Virus record (IMG/VR): IMGVR_UViG_2537561686_000004
DNA: 11,609 nt
Source of the DNA: a virus
Lineage: Duplodnaviria > Heunggongvirae > Uroviricota > Caudoviricetes
Strand: one strand, 5' to 3'
Shown: in pieces, positions 7,354 to 11,609 of the stretch
How positions within the stretch are numbered: the stretch's first letter is position 1
How the letters are laid out: every line of letters starts with the position of its first letter
Notes under the pieces: model-generated
What the model was told of the DNA's origin: nothing
Databases searched by the model: none
What the model saw: only the letters and a program-made list of their open reading frames with translations
Translations under genes and position numbers: made by a program

Positions 7354-8095
7354 ATGACAAGACAGAATCAGCGATTCTGGCGCACGCCCGGCGATGTGCG
7401 CCAGCGGAGTCGTGCGGCTTCGTGGTGAGAACGCCGGAGGAGGAAAGATATTTTCCCTGCGTGAATATCTCCGGTGAGCCGGAGGCGTATTTCCGGATGT
7501 CGCCGGAGGACTGGCTGCAGGCAGAAATGCAGGGTGAGATTGTGGCGCTGGTCCACAGCCACCCCGGTGGTCTGCCCTGGCTGAGTGAGGCCGACCGGCG
7601 GCTGCAGGTGCAGAGTGATTTGCCGTGGTGGCTGGTCTGCCGGGGGGCGATTCATAAGTTCCGCTGTGTGCCGCATCTCACCGGGCGGCGCTTTGAGCAC
7701 GGGGTGACGGACTGTTACACGCTGTTCCGGGATGCTTACATCTGGCGGGAATTGAGATGCCGGATTTTCATCGCGGGGATAACTGGTGGCGTCACGGTCA
7801 GAATCTCTATCTGGATAATCTGGAGGCCACAGGGCTGTATCAGGTGCCGTTGTCAGCGGCGCAGCCGGGCGATGTGCTGCTGTGCTGTTTTGGTTCATCG
7901 GTGCCGAATCATGCCGCCATTTACTGCGGCGACGGTGAGCTGCTGCACCATATTCCTGAACAACTGAGTAAACGAGAGAGGTATACCGACAAATGGCAGC
8001 GACGCACACACTCCCTCTGGCGTCACCGGGCATGGCACGCATCTGCCTTTACGGGGATTTGCAACGATTTGGCCGCCGCATCGACCTTCGTGTGA
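7354..8095 (+). pseudogene. K: tail tip assembly protein K (lambda gpK family; JAB/MPN metalloprotease plus NlpC/P60 peptidase domains), frame-disrupted
   Basis: ATG at 7354 opens MTRQNQRFWRTPGDVRQRSRAASW, which stops at 7426-7428. The JAB-like part is in frame 0 (…FPCVNISGEPEAYFRMSPEDWLQAEMQGEIVALVHSHPGGLPWLSEADRR…GVTDCYTLFRDAY) with the HxHx7Sx2D motif at 7554-7595 and the NlpC/P60 Cys at 7713-7715. After about 7740 this frame becomes nonsense, and the K sequence continues in frame 2 from about 7757 (MPDFHRGDNWWRHGQNLYLDNLEATGLYQVPLSAAQPGDVLLCCFGSSVPNHAAIY…STFV) to TGA 8093-8095. The catalytic Cys and His (7910-7912) are therefore in different frames. Confidence 0.75.
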
Positions 8096-8639
8096 AAACG
8101 GGGGCCGAAGCCATCCGGGCGCTGGCCATGCAGATCCCGGCGTTTCGTCAGAAACTGAGCGACGGCTGGTATCAGGTACGCATTGCCGGGCGTGATGCAG
8201 GTGAAACCGAATTGTCTGCCCGTCTTAATGAGCCGCTGGCAAATGGTGCCGTGATCCATATCGTGCCGCGTCTGGCGGGAGCTAAAAGTGGCGGTGTGTT
8301 TCAGGTGGTGCTGGGGGCGGCGTTGATTGCGGTGGCATGGTGGAACCCTGTGGGCTGGCTGGGTGCCGCGGCTGTATCGGGCATGTATGCGGCAGGGGCC
8401 AGTATGATCCTGGGCGGAGTGGCGCAGATGCTGGCACCGAAAGCCAGGACGCCCACGGCAGCAAGTACAGATAACGGCAAACAGAACACCTATTTCTCCT
8501 CACTGGATAACATGGTTGCCCAGGGCAATGTTCTGCCTGTTCTGTACGGTGAAATGCGCGTGGGGTCACGGTGGTTTCTCAGGAGATCAGCACGGCAGAC
8601 GAAGGGGATGGTGGTCAGGTTGTGGTGATTGGTCGCTGA
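7993..8639 (+). CDS. I: tail tip assembly protein I (lambda gpI family), with an apparent frameshift near the C-terminus
   Basis: ATG at 7993, overlapping the last 103 nt of K in a different frame. Translation MAATHTLPLASPGMARICLYGDLQRFGRRIDLRVKTGAEAIRALAMQIPAFRQKLSDGWYQVRIAGRD...TDNGKQNTYFSSLDNMVAQGNVLPVLYGEMRVGSR. After about 8565 this frame reads WFLRRSARQTKGMVVRLW and stops at 8628, whereas a 1-bp-shifted frame reads the protein-like VVSQEISTADEGDGGQVVVIGR ending at TGA 8637-8639. Span is 647 nt, not a multiple of three. Confidence 0.75.
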
Positions 8640-8657
8640 TGCAAAATGTTTTATGTG

Positions 8658-8689
8658 AAACCGCCTCCGGGCGGTTTTGTCGTTTATGG
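8658..8689 (+). terminator. terminator-like stem-loop between I and J
   Basis: Inverted repeat AAACCGCC (8658-8665) / GGCGGTTT (8670-8677) around a TCCG loop, followed by TGTCGTTTATGG, just upstream of the J ribosome-binding site and start. Confidence 0.3.
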
Positions 8690-8699
8690 AGCATGACGA

Positions 8700-11609
<2,910 letters not shown>

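Overview
The whole window is one co-directional (+ strand) block of the late morphogenetic operon of a lambda-like (lambdoid) phage or prophage, in canonical lambda order: 3-prime end of major capsid gene E, then FI, FII, Z, U, V, G/GT, H, M, L, K, I and most of J, which runs off the right edge. I see no rRNA or tRNA genes, CRISPR array, insertion sequence, integrase or att site, and nothing that looks like a novel defence or accessory system; all sizeable ORFs not assigned here are minus-strand or alternate-frame shadows of these GC-rich genes. The main unusual feature is that V, L, K, I and J are broken by clustered small indels, so recognisable protein sequence hops between reading frames, while E, FI, FII, Z, U, G, T, H and M are intact. 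Gene identities rest on my recall of lambda protein sequences and gene order, not on a database search. Other points: the conserved GGGAAAG programmed -1 frameshift site for the G-T fusion, a two-domain K protein, a possibly mosaic central segment in H, and two terminator-like hairpins.
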